Assembly (NCBI GenBank): GCA_013239625.1
Contig: MU054117.1
Location: 1,300,011 to 1,364,010 of the forward strand
Length of the DNA: 64,000 nt
Reading direction: 5' to 3'
From: Lama guanicoe
Lineage: Eukaryota
Positions 35,301-49,305 of the stretch are shown here, in pieces. The first letter of the stretch is position 1. Every line of letters starts with the position of its first letter. The notes under the pieces were generated by a model, which saw only the letters and a list, made by a program, of their open reading frames with translations, was not told where the DNA came from and did not search any database. A program made the translations under genes and the position numbers.

Positions 35301-38300
35301 TCCGAGGCAGGATAAAGTGACGGGGGTTGGGGGGGATCAGAGGGAGACCAGAAGGCTGTGCTTTTTCCGGCGTCTAATGAATCGTTTGCCCTTGGAAAGA
35401 AAGGTGTTTAAAATCGAGAGGATCAGAGGAATCAAAGCGCTGAGAGAAGGAAGTGTTCCTTCACCAGCGGGAGTTGCTCTCGGCCTGGCAGCCTTTCTCC
35501 GTCTCCAGGGGTCACGCGAGGTTTGCATTTCACCTGAAAGCGGCAGTGGGTGTGGGCTTGGGGAGCAGGGAGAGATTGCACCGGCTCCTGATCCACGATG
35601 TGCTAAAACTTCCTGTCTCGAAAAGAAACTCAAAGATCCACCTTCCTTGTGAGACTGGAATTACTTTTTAAACGAGGGTTCTTGTTCTGACCTTGAACTG
35701 CAAAGCTTCCATCATCCTGAAGTCCGAGGAGGGCGTCTGGGAATGTGCCATGAGAAGTCTCGACGGGTTAGGGAGGAAAAACTGAAGACAGGTGTGCTTC
35801 ACAGCACAGGTGTGAAAACAAGTCTCCGGAAGGATTAGTACCTCGTTAGTTTAAAATACTTCATTAGCATATCACACGTGGAAAAGGAGTTTTCTGCATG
35901 GTTTCAGTACGTGGCGGGTCCCATGGACAAACCGGGGAGGGTGTACCCAGCTTCCGACACTTGGTTTGCCAGACCTCACACAAGATACTCCTGTCTCCTT
36001 CTCCTGCGTCCCTTCTCCCACCAGCCTGTCCACCTCTCACCTCCTCCCCAGCGAAAGGCCCCTTTAGACTTCACACCAGAAAAGAATTTCCCAAAAGTAC
36101 TAATATGTAATATTTGGGATTTGATGAAAATCTCATTACACCCTCGCTGCAATGAATCAAATCCTTCTCTCCCGCTTCCCTTCCTTGTTAAAGGTACAAA
36201 CCCAAGCTCGGCGGAGGTGAAACTGAGCCATCCGCCCGGATCGCCCGCCTCCTCACCTCGGCCAGCCGGTTCCACGCGGCGAGCTCTGCACGGACAGGCG
36301 CTGTCTCCTTGTTCACTGTCTCACAAACACTGTAAGTGCAGGGAGCACACAGGTTTACACAAACCCCCGCTACACAGATGCAGCTTTCTGTGCACATATT
36401 GAAGGCTTTGCATCCCAAGGCAAACAACAAGAACCCTACAAACATGTCCAAGGAAGTTCATTTCCACTAAACTGCAAGACAGACTTGTTCCCATGAATCC
36501 TGCAGACTCCTCCTGTCGCGTAAGCACTGAGGCTTGTAACTCAGCATCTTCGTTTCCTCCATGTAGAAAACGTCTAACACAGAGCCTTCCTCAAGCACCT
36601 CGGGCCTCTTTCTACTCAGCCTTAGCTGAACTGACGTGTCCCGGAGGGAGGGGCTCCTGAAGTAACAGACCCACAGGATCCCGCCTCCGGTCAGAAAACA
36701 CAGCAGGAGAGACTCTGCTGAGAGAAGCGGGGGCGAGAGAGCCTGCAGCAGCAGGACCGCGAGGACCGCGTCCTGCGCGGGGGCTGCCGCCCTCAGACGC
36801 ACCGGGATGGCCCAGGACCCTCGAGCCGGGCGGGCCGTCACTAGGGCGACGCAGGCTGGAGACACACACCTCTGCAGGGCCCGTGGCGCTCCTGTTCTTC
36901 CACGCCGCCATGACTCGTTTTTTAAAATCCCTGGGTCAAAGGGTATACACTTTTTTAAAGCTTCTAATGTGTAAACAAACTGCTGAGAGTAGTTGTACTA
37001 ACTTTCAGCCCCCAGGCAACAAATAAGGGTGACCATTCATTCCCCTGCCTCCCGGCCCCCTGGGGCCCCACCCTCCCCGCCCCCCCGATAGTGAAGCCAA
37101 AAACAGAGGCAAAGCATTGAAAGATACATTTATTGGCCATTTCTTCTGTGAAACTCCTGGTAGCGCCCTTTCCAGGCTGCTTCTCTTGGCTGAGTCCGTT
37201 CCTCGCTGACCTGGTCGCAACCCGGATACAAGTGCTCATGTCTCTGCATCTGTTTCCTGCAGTAGCTTCCAAGCACTTCAGCCCTGGTTTGTGGGCACCA
37301 TCCTTCCAAAACAGGTTGGATCAGGTTCGCTCCGCCCCTTCTCACATCTTAGACAATTTCCTACCTAAAAATGGAGCCCAGACTCTGGCAGGGCGGCCGC
37401 CGTCCGGCCCCATCCCACCTCCCAGTTTCGTGTCCTGGCACATCCGAGCCACACCCCAACTTTGCCTCCACTTTGATGCGGCTCTCTGGTCCTGGGCTGT
37501 GGACAATCTCTTCCCATCTCACTGTCCCTCCTGGCTGAGACCAGCCTCCCCTTTCGTCCGCGGACACTTCCCTTTGCAGAAGTGAATACTGCCAAAGTAT
37601 GACTTCTGTCTCGTGTTTCGAGAGTTGGCTATATGTTTAATTCCCCACTCTTCGGCCAACTCCTCGGTGAATTCTTTTCACATACCAAGGCCGCCTAGCA
37701 AAACAGCCTGCACAGAGCAGACATCAAAAAACAACTGGAGAACGAACTAAAGGAACACATGCTAATCCTGGGGGAAACACTGATAACTTCCCAAAGAGCT
37801 TTTTAAGATAAATCTGAAGCATCTCCAAATCAAGACAGTGTGATGACGCAGACCTCAGGGCAGGGCACGTCAGCCTCGCACCGCAACACCCACGCTGCTG
37901 ACAGTTCCCGAAAGACGGGCTACGGGACAAGTATCGGGTACGAAGGTGGCCTCCGGCAGGAATTCTCCAGCTTTGTCTGCTGAATGTTATTGTAATGTGT
38001 TCTGTTCTTAGTAGCTATTCCAGCCCTCACTGAACTCGGGGTAGTAATATGATTTCTAGAGGGACTCGAGCCAAGAATCACAGTGTAACAGCAACTCAAT
38101 CTGGATGCTCAAAGCCACACACTGGAAGGGTGAGCCTCAGAGGTCGGGGTGCGGACTCCAGCCTCCGCGCTGCTCAGGGGAGAAGAGGAGCCCAACCTCA
38201 CACCGACACAAACACGGCCATGAAAGATTGGCTGGGAGGGGAGCCGCTCGGGCGCCCTTCCTGCTCTCCACGGCGGGACGACCGTCCGAGAGCAGAGCTG

Positions 38301-41245
38301 GCGGCGTGCAGGAGGCTAAGGAGCGGGGCTGGGCGGGCAGAGGACCAGAAGCACAGCTGAGGAAGGGCTGCCTGACCGCTCGGCACAGGTCAGGACGTCA
38401 GAACCGGCGCGGCATCTCTCCACAGCCACGGAAAGGCAGCAGGGGGGCTAGCACAAGTCCACGGAATAAGTGGGCCTCAAGAGAAAAAATTTCAAATTTT
38501 CAAATTACTTCCTTCAAAGTAGCCACTCTCTACTGACAGACACAAGGATGAGTTGAAAGCGGAGGACGTCTGGATGGGTTTAGAGAAGGGATGGTGACAA
38601 GGGACGTCGCTGAACGAATTCAGCCGTAGCTGGCAGTGACTCGGATTAACTCGTTTCTGTGGATGGTCTAGTGGTGAGCAGGAGGTTTGACAGAGATGCT
38701 CGGTGTGGTTTAAGCAGACGAGAATCTGCCCCTGAGGTTTCTAACAGTTAGACTCCGAGGTGTGAGCCGTGCAGGGGTCGACTGCAGCCTTCAGGGGGGA
38801 CGGCCCAGCAGAAGTGGTCCTCAGGCCCGGCCCGGCCTGGGCTCCAGCCCAACCCCACTTACCCAAGAGGTGTGAGGACGTGACAGAAGCCGAGTGCGGA
38901 TTTGTGAACAACTGGAATAAACTGCAGTCTATCTTGCCATGATATCCAACGAATAAAACATGAAACTTCAGTGGCCAGGTGGCCTGTGGGCACGGCGGGC
39001 GCTTCACGCCCATTCACTCTCCCACAGGAATTGGTCACTTTTCCACTTTGCAGAATCCCTCCAGCGTTTAGCAACAGGGAACGTCAAAGTGGCCTTTGAA
39101 GACTCTGCCTCACGGGCACTTCCCACACGTTACGGTGAGCTCCCAAGGGCCCTCTTCCCTGATGCTCAGGGCTGAGCCTGCAGCCTGAATTTTCGGTTTT
39201 CTTCCTGAAGTCTCCCCGGACCCCAGCTGCCCCCTGCTAGCGCCCGAAGCCACGGCCACCCTGGCCCCGGACTCCGTAGGCTGACGGGAAGTGGCCGTGA
39301 CCGTGAGGTTCCTGCTGGGCTTCCCCGCCCCCTTCCCGACCTTGCAACCGACTCCTGGCCGGCAATGCCTGGATTTGTTCTCACGAGGAGAGGCTGTGGC
39401 CGCTTAGACAGAAAGTAAGGAGATGACACTGCTCCTCCGTGACTGACCGCGAACGAAATGGCACAATAAAAAATTCTGTACACACACGATCCGCAGTCAA
39501 GGCTCCACTGCTGACTACACGCTCCTGCGCAGGGACTTCCTCAAGATCCACTGGAGATAAAGGAACGTCCTGCTCTCCTCCCCTCGCCACAGGCGGCCAG
39601 GCAGGAGGGACCCCCAGTGCTCAGGCCTCTCAAGGCAGGAAGATTTCAGTGGCACCCTGTTACTGTCAAGGGCGGCGCCCGGCACATGGGAGGCGCTCCC
39701 TCAACAGTTGCTGCGTGGGTGCGCGCCGTGTGCCTTCGGGGACTCAGGTTTTTCAAAAGTTAAAAACAAAGCAAAAATAAAAACAAATCAAGAGCCTCCC
39801 GGCCTCCCGGCCACGACGCCCACAACCCTGCGGTGACCCTGTGCTGACACAAGGCACCCAGGTCAGGTTTCCGCACCAGCCCCGCCCCCCAGGGAGACGC
39901 GGGGCCTGGGGGCGTGCGGTTCCTCCAGCCTGGAAGGAGCCGCGGGAGCCCCGGCCGCTCCCGGCCCTCACAGGCAGGAAAGTGAGGCCTGAGGGGCCGA
40001 TGCGGCTTGGGCAGATGGAGCTGGAGCTTCAGGACAAGGCACGGGACATCCTTCAAGCCCCACCGGCGAGTGAGCAGGGGCCCAAACCCCACTGTCTGCA
40101 GACGCACAGCTGCTCCGCAGAGAAAGAGAGGAGGCCCCCTGCCTCAGAGGAGGCTTCCCAGGGACCTGGTCTGGCTCCTAACCACCAGACCTCCGAGGAG
40201 CGGCCAATCACTCACTGTCACTCATCGGCTTTTGAAGGTCAGTGGCAGGCAAGGATTTGTGAAGGTCAACAACCGACAGCCGAGTGACCCTGGTGGATTG
40301 GGGTCAACGGTCTCCAGGACCAAGACACAGGCTGCTGGCACCTGTCACTCCAAAGGAACCTCCTTGGACACAGCAGGAGCTGGACCCAGGCACGTACAGG
40401 GACGTAAGGTCCAGTTTTGGACAGATATCTGCAGAGAAACCAGCACGAGCTTTTGCCGTCTGATCATTCTCGTTTGTACCTGCAGATGTTACAAACGCAC
40501 TAACATCTCAATTTCTAAGAACCCACCTCAGTCTAGGCACTTTCAAGATGCTGGCTGCTCTCCTGCTAAAGCCTTCTTCCCCGGCTGAGATCACTGGAGT
40601 TCTACGTGACCTTCAGCCTCCCGGGTTACTCTCTTTCTTGAAAGGCTGTATCTTGATGCGGGAGTTACACCTTCCCTGAGCGAGAAGGGGAAGGGAGTGG
40701 GTGGAGGAGGAGACAGAAGACACGCCCAAAGAAGATGAACCGGGGACTAGAACAGGTTTACACCGGTCTGACTGGCGCCCTACACACTGTTTCAAGAGCC
40801 AAAGGAGTGGGGACTCCTGTCTCATGGAAAAATGTTCCAGAACACCAAAGGAATTTGATGCAGCAGCCATTCAAAGAACAAGCCAGTTGCGACTACAGTT
40901 GGTTACACTGATTTGCAGAATTGAAATTTGCTAAGAGTGCAGAACTTTAACAAAGGTAAGTACTGTGAGGTGATGACAGTGCTGGTTAGCCTGCTGGGGG
41001 CCCTGTCACGCTGTCCACTTCACACACCTGACAGTGTGGGGTCAACTGCACCCCAGTAAAGCCGAAAAGAAGGACCAAAGCAAGCACTTGTGGGGAGCTT
41101 CACGCAGCCCCCTGTGGAGAAGGTGCACCAGGTCTCGCTGTACTGGCCAGAATGGGGGGTGGGCTCCACCCTCAGAAGCGGCGGGGTGGGACAGGGCGCC
41201 CGCCTGAGCAAGAGAAGATGGGGGAGTCGGGGGACCATCCGACCC

Positions 41246-41321
41246 NNNNNNNNNNNNNNNNNNNNNNNNNNNNNNNNNNNNNNNNNNNNNNNNNNNNNNN
41301 NNNNNNNNNNNNNNNNNNNNN
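41246..41321. other. Assembly gap (76 N)
   Basis: Run of N. Confidence 1.
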
Positions 41322-42599
41322 GGAGGCTCTCTTCACCACGGGGGGGCTCGCGCCACACGGGGGCCTCTCTCCATCATCGCTCCATCAGCCCCAGGCCGGC
41401 TGCCCATGGTCCCCAGACAGGGCTTAGGAGTGAACTGCGTGGGTTCAGCCAACTGTGCCAGGGCAGGACAGGTGTTGGCAAAGCACAGCCCCGAGGGAGG
41501 ATAAAGAGCCCCTGCAGAGACATTTTAAATTATCTGCTATTCACTCTCCTCCCCCCGAGGCAGCGGCAGTGCTGGGTCGGCACACTAGGCCTGGAACAGT
41601 CAGGCAGCCGTCTCTCTCCTTGGGCTGGAAGGCAGCTGCAGGGGCACAGGGGCTTCGTGGAGGTGATCCTCTCCTGGGGCTGCAGGGGAGCAGGTCTGAG
41701 CTGGAAGGAGCCGTCCAGGCCCTATCGGGCCACTCAGTGTGCCTCATGCAAGAAGAAGGGGGATGTGGTGATGTCTGCCTGCTCTCCCGTGGTGACGCTC
41801 AGGAGTGAGCACAGCCCCTCCAGGCAGAACAAAGTGAGGCTGCAGCACAGCTGCGCGCCCGAGCAGAGGGACGAGGAAGGCTGAGCCAGGGATGCGGTCT
41901 TGCCAGCACCCACACCTGCAAACACCCGGAGCACCCCACCCCGCGGCATCTAGGAACTGACACGAAGCCTGTGCTCAGTATAACCTTCTAAAAACACACA
42001 CGATGTTTACGGCAAATGCAGTGTTAGCCCCCCCAAACTCACCAGGACCCAGTCATTGAGCTCTATGAAAATAACTAAGTTAAGAAATTTAAAATCTCAG
42101 ACTGCCTGCGTATTTACTGAAGGGAGAGCCATGTGTCTGCAAAGTGTCAGTGGGAAATTTCCCACCACTGTCACAGCTCTGAGGCAGGTGACCTCGGAAC
42201 CGCGGCTCTGCTCCTCGAGCGGCCGTCAGCTCTGTGTGAGCCGGTGCCAGGGCCACAGTCGTGGAGACTGATGAGGTCGCCTGCCCAGCAGCTGGCAAGG
42301 GACTCGGGAAGGAGGCGGAGCTGCCTTCTGCAGGAGGCATGGTGTGGGAAATGGGGCCTGGAATTTCAGTTATGAGCTGGGATTCTGGAAGATGACAGAC
42401 CGCGGTCAAGCGTGGGCTGCCCTAGAACACACAGCGACGCCTGAGTCTGCCGTCCTCAGTGCAGCCTCTCTGTGCCGTCACAGCATCCTACTCTGACACC
42501 ACCTCCATCTGCTTTTTAAAAGAAAGCCCCTCTGGGGCTCCAGAGCCACACTTAAAACGGTGTAAGATTTACACTTAGCTGAAAAATTACGGCCACGTC

Positions 42600-43200
42600 T
42601 CTCTTCCAATACCAAGTGAGTGGGGGCACGGGTTCAGTACACGGTAATGAACGGAAAGACAGCCCGTGTAGTCTGATACCGTTTATTTCAACTTTGTATC
42701 ACACTGAACAACACTGCACCTCGTCTGTGGAAACAAACATGTACGCCAGAAGGTGGAAACGAGGCCTGTAGAGCTGCACACCGGTTTAGGGCAGTGGTGG
42801 CCACTGCAGGTGAAAACAGAAAAATGGAACTGGGCACAGAGAGGACTTAACTACATTTACCATTTAAAAAATCTGAAGCAGAACAAAGCAATACTCGTTA
42901 ATTCTGAGTACCAAGGTGATGCTACACTCATCCCCACACGTTTTCTGAATGCTTGGAAAAGTTCACGAACGATAACTTGGTACAGCCACACGCAAGAAAG
43001 GGAGGAGCGTGGGGGCCGAGATCGGAGCTCAACGCATACGACGGAAAACGTGGCCACTGTAGGTCTTCACAGGGGAAACACTCTTCTGGAATCGTCTGCA
43101 AAAAAATGTTTGTGACCCAAAGTATATATTTAACACTGTTCTCCTGGGTCACAACGTGGGTCTAGAGCGACAAGAAGACTGAAATTAAGAAACCCAGATA
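42600..43200 (+). mobile_element. Highly degenerate L1ME/L1MC-like fragments
   Basis: Weak similarity to L1 3' ends (gtctgataccgtttatttc, aacactgttctcctggg). Confidence 0.3.
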
Positions 43201-43799
43201 TGACTGAGAAGCAGGGTCGGAAGTCCCACACTCAAGACCCCAGAACAAGGGACGGTTCCAAGGTGGCCGTGGGGCGCATCAGACTGGTTTTTAGTAAAAC
43301 AGCAACTGGAAACGACGCTGCTGACCTCAGCAAGTTCCGCCCACGAGCGCTGATTCTCACAGCGCCCCGCCCACGGAGAGATGAGGCCGGGGTGGAGGAG
43401 TCAGGGAAACGAAGGCCAGAGAGACGGGCCGGAGCGGGGAGCAGGCGGGTCCCAGGCGCCTGGAGCTGAGGCGCGGGCCCTTCACACCCGAGCCGCATGG
43501 ACGCAGGAAAGGAAGCCCCGCCCCCGCCTGCGCCCCGAGTCTTGCTCTGAAACAGCCACACTGGGAGAAGGACAAGGGCCTGGGCGGCTCCTACACCGAC
43601 AGTCAGAGCATCCAAAGCTACTGAGTGGCCCAGGGGAACCCGTCTTGAGTCAGCAAATAAATAATCAGCGAGGCGTGTGCTAAGCACTCCTTCCACACGT
43701 GGTTTGTGGCTTTAGAAGACAGACATGGGTCTGGCAGTGAAGAAACTCATCTAACTGGAGAATAAGAACCATAATTACGAAATACAAAACAATGGACTA

Positions 43800-44060
43800 G
43801 AATTCACTCACTCACTAAGTTACTGAGCAAGCACCAACCACCTACTGTGGTGCTGGTTTTTAAGATGAAAAGGACCCGGTTCCTGCCTGCCGCAGGCAGG
43901 CTGCCTAGAACGGGAGGACAGACACGAAAACCAGTAAAACCCGAGCGCCACGGGCGCTCCAGGCGCCCCGAGGGGGCTGCACATCTGGACAGGGTGTCAG
44001 GAAGAATCAGAGAAGAAATGAGGTCCGAGCTGAGTTTTAACAAGCTCAGAGTCCCATCCA
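43800..44060 (-). mobile_element. L2 3'-end remnant
   Basis: ttcactcactcactaagttactgagcaagcacc...gtgctgg...aagatgaaaaggacccggttcctgcc is the typical reverse L2 terminus. Confidence 0.6.
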
Positions 44061-44267
44061 GGGGCTCCCCAGGGAGACCGGGGGAGGGCAGCGCAGGCAG
44101 AAGGACCATCGTGAGCAACAGGGCAGGAGTGTGAGAACGGCACGCAGCCGAGCGGTCTAAGGGCTGCACATCGAGGAGAGGGCGAGACGAGGTGTGCGTG
44201 CAGCACCAAGGCCAAGGACCGTGACAACCGGTGCGCACTGAGCCCACCTGCCGCCTCCCCCGCCCCC

Positions 44268-44385
44268 CTATTCCTTCAACAAGTCTTCACGGAGCAGGCG
44301 CTGCATGCCAGGCAGCATTCTCCGTACAGGGGACACAGTGTTGAAAAGGTGGACGAGGCTCTGGTCCTGTCCTCACGGGGTGTCA
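44268..44385 (-). mobile_element. L2 3'-end remnant
   Basis: attccttcaacaagtcttcacggagc...atgccaggcagcattctc...ggggacacagtg...ggtcctgtcctcacgg. Confidence 0.55.
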
Positions 44386-46356
44386 GCGAGGGGGGCGTGT
44401 GGCGGTGAGGCACACGGGACGCACAGAGCTGAACGGCACAACGACGGGTGCGGGAGGCCGCAGCCCCAAAGAAGACACCCGTGGAACAGACCAGCGCGCA
44501 TACTCAGCCGCGGTCGGCGTCTCATATCCTGGGCTCCAAAACCTGCAGTCCAGCCCCGACCACAGGAGGCAGGTCACTGTATTGCTACAGGTCACCTTTC
44601 TCAGGAGCCTGCATCGCTCCCTTAAGCTCCTACTTGGTGGCAGAAAATTGGTTGGTTTCCCCGCCGATCTTGAGCAGCTTTGGAGAAGCTTCCGGAAGGT
44701 GTGCTTAGCTACCGTGCTCCCTGACAGGTGACCCCCGGCACCGGCTCCCCAGGCGGCCCGGGTGCTGCTGAAGGCGCAGCCTCTCATGCCTCCTGCAACA
44801 CCGCAGGCAGCGGAAGCGCGTCCTCAGTCAGGCAGAGACGCGGCGGCACTGGCACGACCCTGGCACGGGAGCGGAACTGTCCTGGTGACTGTGGTAGCTG
44901 GACTGCAACGTCCCGGGCAGTGGCATGTCCACTGAAAAATTCTTGGTTTGAAATTTTCTATCTTGGTCTCACCCTGAAGATACATTTTTTTTTCCTGAGA
45001 AAAGACTAAGTCTGTTCAGGCATATTTGAGAAACAGGACGGAGCCAAAACACTTTTTTCATTTCGAAGACAAGCTGTTTCACAAAGAAGTAATTTAATGC
45101 CAGTTAAGCTTCGGTGCACCTCTGTGTCAGGGTTCTAAGATGTGCTGCCTCGCTCCAAGATCCTGAAGCTTCTAAAGCTAACCAGCCATGTGCCTTTCAG
45201 TTGCATTTTTCCTATGTGGCTGTTAGTATCAAAAGGAGCTACCAGAAATCCATGTAATTCTGTCCTTTAAGTTTTTCCTTCTTTCAAGAAGAAAGAAGTG
45301 AAAATTTCTACGGAACGTGCGAATCTGAGAGGGAGGCCTTACCTTTCCCATCACGTAAGTAAGAATGGTAACTGGCAGGCTGTCGTTAACTGGGGCAGTT
45401 ACGAGGCCGCGTCCACACCGCGGGGCAGTCAGTCCGGCCCTGACCCCGGAGTGCATGTCTCCACCTGCGGGCTGGCACTGCCACCTGTAATCCCGCCCCA
45501 CGGGAGGTGTCCTATTCAGCACAGTCTTCCTTCACGCATTATGTGTAAACAAACAGGAAGCACTTGGCTGGAAAACGGCACAGCTTCACCATTCTGATGA
45601 AGAGTTTCAGCAAATTTGCACCCCCTGTGTCTCCTGGTTGGGGTGAGCAGTCTACAAGGGGCTGGGGAACCCCCCCGCTACCCCCCGGCTGCAGCTAGGA
45701 ACAAAAGCGGCCTGAGATTAATGTTTTAAGACGGCTCTATTTCTTTTCCTACTTTAATTTCTCAACGTTTACCCAGTTTTTCTTTCCTTCGCTTCCCACG
45801 TCTGCTTTCTCTCTCTCCTCATCCTGTTTCCTCCTTGTTTCTTTTGTTCGTGGTTTTGTCTCCAGCCTAGCCTTCTCGTTTCTTTACTGAACTAAACAAA
45901 TCACAAATTGACAAAAAAGAGAACCGGTGGACTTCAGACAGCAGTAAACAGAAAATGCAGCCCAAGAGCATAACCCAGACCAGCTCACTTCACAGGACTT
46001 GGTAGATTGTGACCCTCAGTTCCCCAGAGACAACTGGAGACTCGTCAAGGATCCAGACATCCCCACCCAGACTCCCCCGCAAGGGCACCTTCATTAGTGG
46101 CTGTCACTTCCGTGGACAGATTCTCCTGAGCCCCCTCCCTTCTAAACCAGCCCTTCCTGACTCTCGAGCAAGTCACGCAGAAGCAGGAGTAAAGCGGAAC
46201 CTGCTTCCAATGCGAACTCCTAACGTCTGCTGAAAGACCTAGCATCGCTCAGAGCCTGGACTCTGCGCACCGGCCCCTCCGAGGTGGCACCCCCCACAGT
46301 GGCCTGAGCAGCTGCCGGCTCTGCCAGGACGCTGCCCCGCCAGGCACGAGGCCCAC

Positions 46357-46545
46357 CTGTTCCCGGGTCATCTTCTGCAGCTCGCTCTCCCACGCGGCCT
46401 GGTCGTCGTCCAGGTTGTAGGAAGCTGGCGGAGTGAGTCCTCGAAGGATCAGGGGGTCTCGGTCATGGCAGAGGGCTGTCAGGTGTCCGATGTACAGCTT
46501 TAGTTTGCTTCTATTTTGGTCAAGTTCTAAGAGGGGCTGGATGAT
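46357..46545 (-). CDS. ERC1: ERC1 penultimate coding exon (189 nt, 63 aa): IIQPLLELDQNRSKLKLYIGHLTALCHDRDPLILRGLTPPASYNLDDDQAAWESELQKMTREQ
   Basis: Acceptor ttttttcacctcag|ATC, donor CAG|gtgggc, phase 0/0, no stops. The peptide matches the recalled C-terminal extension of long ubiquitous ERC1. Confidence 0.95.
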
Positions 46546-49131
46546 CTGAGGTGAAAAAAAAGAGCCAAGGTCAGCCTAAAGCGTGAAGCTGGAATCTCTT
46601 TATCAAGTTCAAGTCCCCACATCAAAGACAACTGAACGAGACTAAAGCCCTGTAACCACCGCTCCTGCGATCTCGGGGGCGAGAGGCCGCGGCAGCCCCA
46701 CACGGCTGCACGGTGACTGTCGCCCCCGGGTGCCGCTCCGGGAGCCGGGGGGGGGCATAGGCACGCGCACTGATGTGAGAGGCGGCTCCGCGCCCAGGCG
46801 GGAGGTGACGCACGGGCCGGCTCATTCTCACAGAGGTGGCATCCCTGACACAGAGGGACTCCAGGCACCGACGATTTCCCTCCCACCGGCCCGCGAGCAG
46901 GGTGCAGAAGACGGCTCGTGAACCGTGCTCCTCCCAAAGCCCGACACCACACACTGCGTGTGCTCCCGCCTCCCGGAAGGGAAGGAAGGTTCTGTCTGCG
47001 GAGAAGGTGCATGTTTTTCTTGGCCACGAGACGTGATGAGTGAACTCGTTACTGAATCTGCCTCGTCCTGGCTTAAGCTCCCTCGTTCGCTTCCCAGACA
47101 CCACCTGAGGCTCTTTTTAAAACCGTGGCTGATCGATCCTTACGCAACACCAAACACCTGCCCCTGGGCCAGGAGTGCGGTGAGGTCCTGTCCCTGCAGC
47201 CCTGGTTCTGTTTTTCTTGCACAGCGGCCTCTGCTACCTTTGTTTTGTGTTCCCTTTACCCTGGGTGAGTAACTGTCACCGTGGCTCCCTTTGAAAGCAC
47301 AGTCAGTGACAGATGACTTCATCTGACGGCTCGCGTGACAATGCTCTGGCCCCGGTAGCCGGCGCCCAGCACTGATCAGGCCCGGGGAGGCCGGCAGAGC
47401 CAGGCCAGACCTCGCATCTCAGAGCGGCTGGACACACAGAGCCGGGGGAGCGGGCGCACCGCCATGACGCCAGCAGGTCCCCACCGCTCCTGGGGCGCCC
47501 CCGGCAGGGTCTGCACCTGCCGCGTTTCTCGCCAAAGGGACACTCTGACCCACACAGTGAGCATGGAGCTCACGGTCTGCAGTCAACAGACCGAGGCCCT
47601 GCGGTTACTTTCAACAGCGATGCTGATTTCCTCCTGGCCTGCTGGGATGACGCTCCTGCTGTTCCCCTTTGAAGAGTTTTTAAAATAAGTGAAGTGAAGT
47701 GTTTTTTATTAGGGAATCAATACATATTTTACTCTGAAAAATATGGCGGGAAATATAAAAGAAATAATAAACAGCCCGCAGGTACTCTGTCAAGAACACT
47801 GCCTGCAACGTCTCGGGGATGTTCTCCCGAGCCTTTTTATAAACTTGCATAAACCAGCTCCGGGCAGAGCCCTGCTCATACCCCGTTTACCCCTGAACGT
47901 CCTGTTGTGAGTGCCACTCGTGACACGACGTATTCCTGGAAAAAATGATTTTTTAATGGTTGCCTTATAAATATATCACATTTCCTCTGCTTCTAATCCT
48001 ATTTCCATGAAAAAATTAAGAGAGGGGAGAGCCAGGGCCAGGGCTTAGTGCTTCAAACAATCTTTAACCTACTTGAGAGACCAGAGTTCAGAGTTCAGGC
48101 CTATACGGTGCAATACAATACAGAAGCCGGAGCCTGGCTAGACAAGTCAGAGACAGCGACTCAATTTAGCATTATTATTGTTTTTCAAACACACACACAC
48201 AGTTCTCTAAGATTAAAGGTTAAGCACTCAGTGCGGGCGTGGGAGGCTCTGGGCTCTGCTGGGACCCCTCCTGGGCAGGCTCATGGTACGAGTCCTGTGC
48301 TATGTATGGAAGGCACATGGACACCACCAGTCACAGAAGGGAGAGGCTGTTTCAATAAAGCAGAGGATGTGGCGAGTGGGGAAGTTGGGGAGCCTTTCAC
48401 AAACAACACTAATCTCTCAAAAAAAGAACTGCATTTTATTTCCGGCCACGGATGCATATTCACACTGTAGAAAATGTAGAAAGGGTTCCAAAGCACAATC
48501 CTTCAAGGCAATTTCAAGGCAGTATTTCTCTCAATGCACGCAGACTTCACACGTCAGGAGCTAAACTGTCCAGTCCTGGTTCCCGCCGCCGCAGCCCTCA
48601 GGCTTCCGAGCAACGCAGCCCCATTTCATTTCCCATGTTTTTAAAGCTTGGCCTCCTCTAAGCTGCTTTCTGCACACAATGATTTAAAAAACCACTTTTG
48701 GGATTTTCACTGGCTTTGTGCAGCTTATTCCCATTCTGTGTGTGTGTGTGTGTGGGGGTAATTGCCGTGTGAGCTGGAAAACTGGCACAGAAAAGCACGA
48801 CCGCTGAGGAAGACGACGACGTGATGAATGGTGGTAACGCGGCCGTCAAATTTCTTACATAAAATAGAATTTGGAAAGATCCTAGCTCACTGCTGTATGA
48901 CTGGGAATGGAAAAATGGACTTTTCAAGCCCCTGTTCTTAATCAAAGATGATTTTCAAATTGACTTAAATGTATTTCAGGCTGAGGTGCTATTGATGACA
49001 AAACGTAAGAGTGTTTTACACACCATGACTTTTCAAAGTCCAATCGGAAAGTTGGAAAGTCTTTTCCAGGATAAAACTTCATTCTATGCAATGGCCAAGA
49101 TGCCCTTTCTTCTCATGTTGAAGGCAATAGC

Positions 49132-49305
49132 TTTTTTTTTTCAGTTGAAGCAGAGTCGGTTTACAAAGTTGTGTTGATTTCCGGTGCACAGCACAGTGAT
49201 TCGGTCACACACACACACACACACTCCTTTTCCTATTCTTTTTCATGATAGGCTGTTACAAGGCGTTGACTGTAGTTCCGTGTGCTGCACCGCAGGACCT
49301 TGGGA
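49132..49305 (-). mobile_element. L1 3'-end fragment with internal (CA)n
   Basis: Poly-T then cagttgaagcagagtcggtttacaaagttgtgttgatttccggtgcacagc...ctgtagttccgtgtgctgcaccgcaggaccttg. Confidence 0.75.
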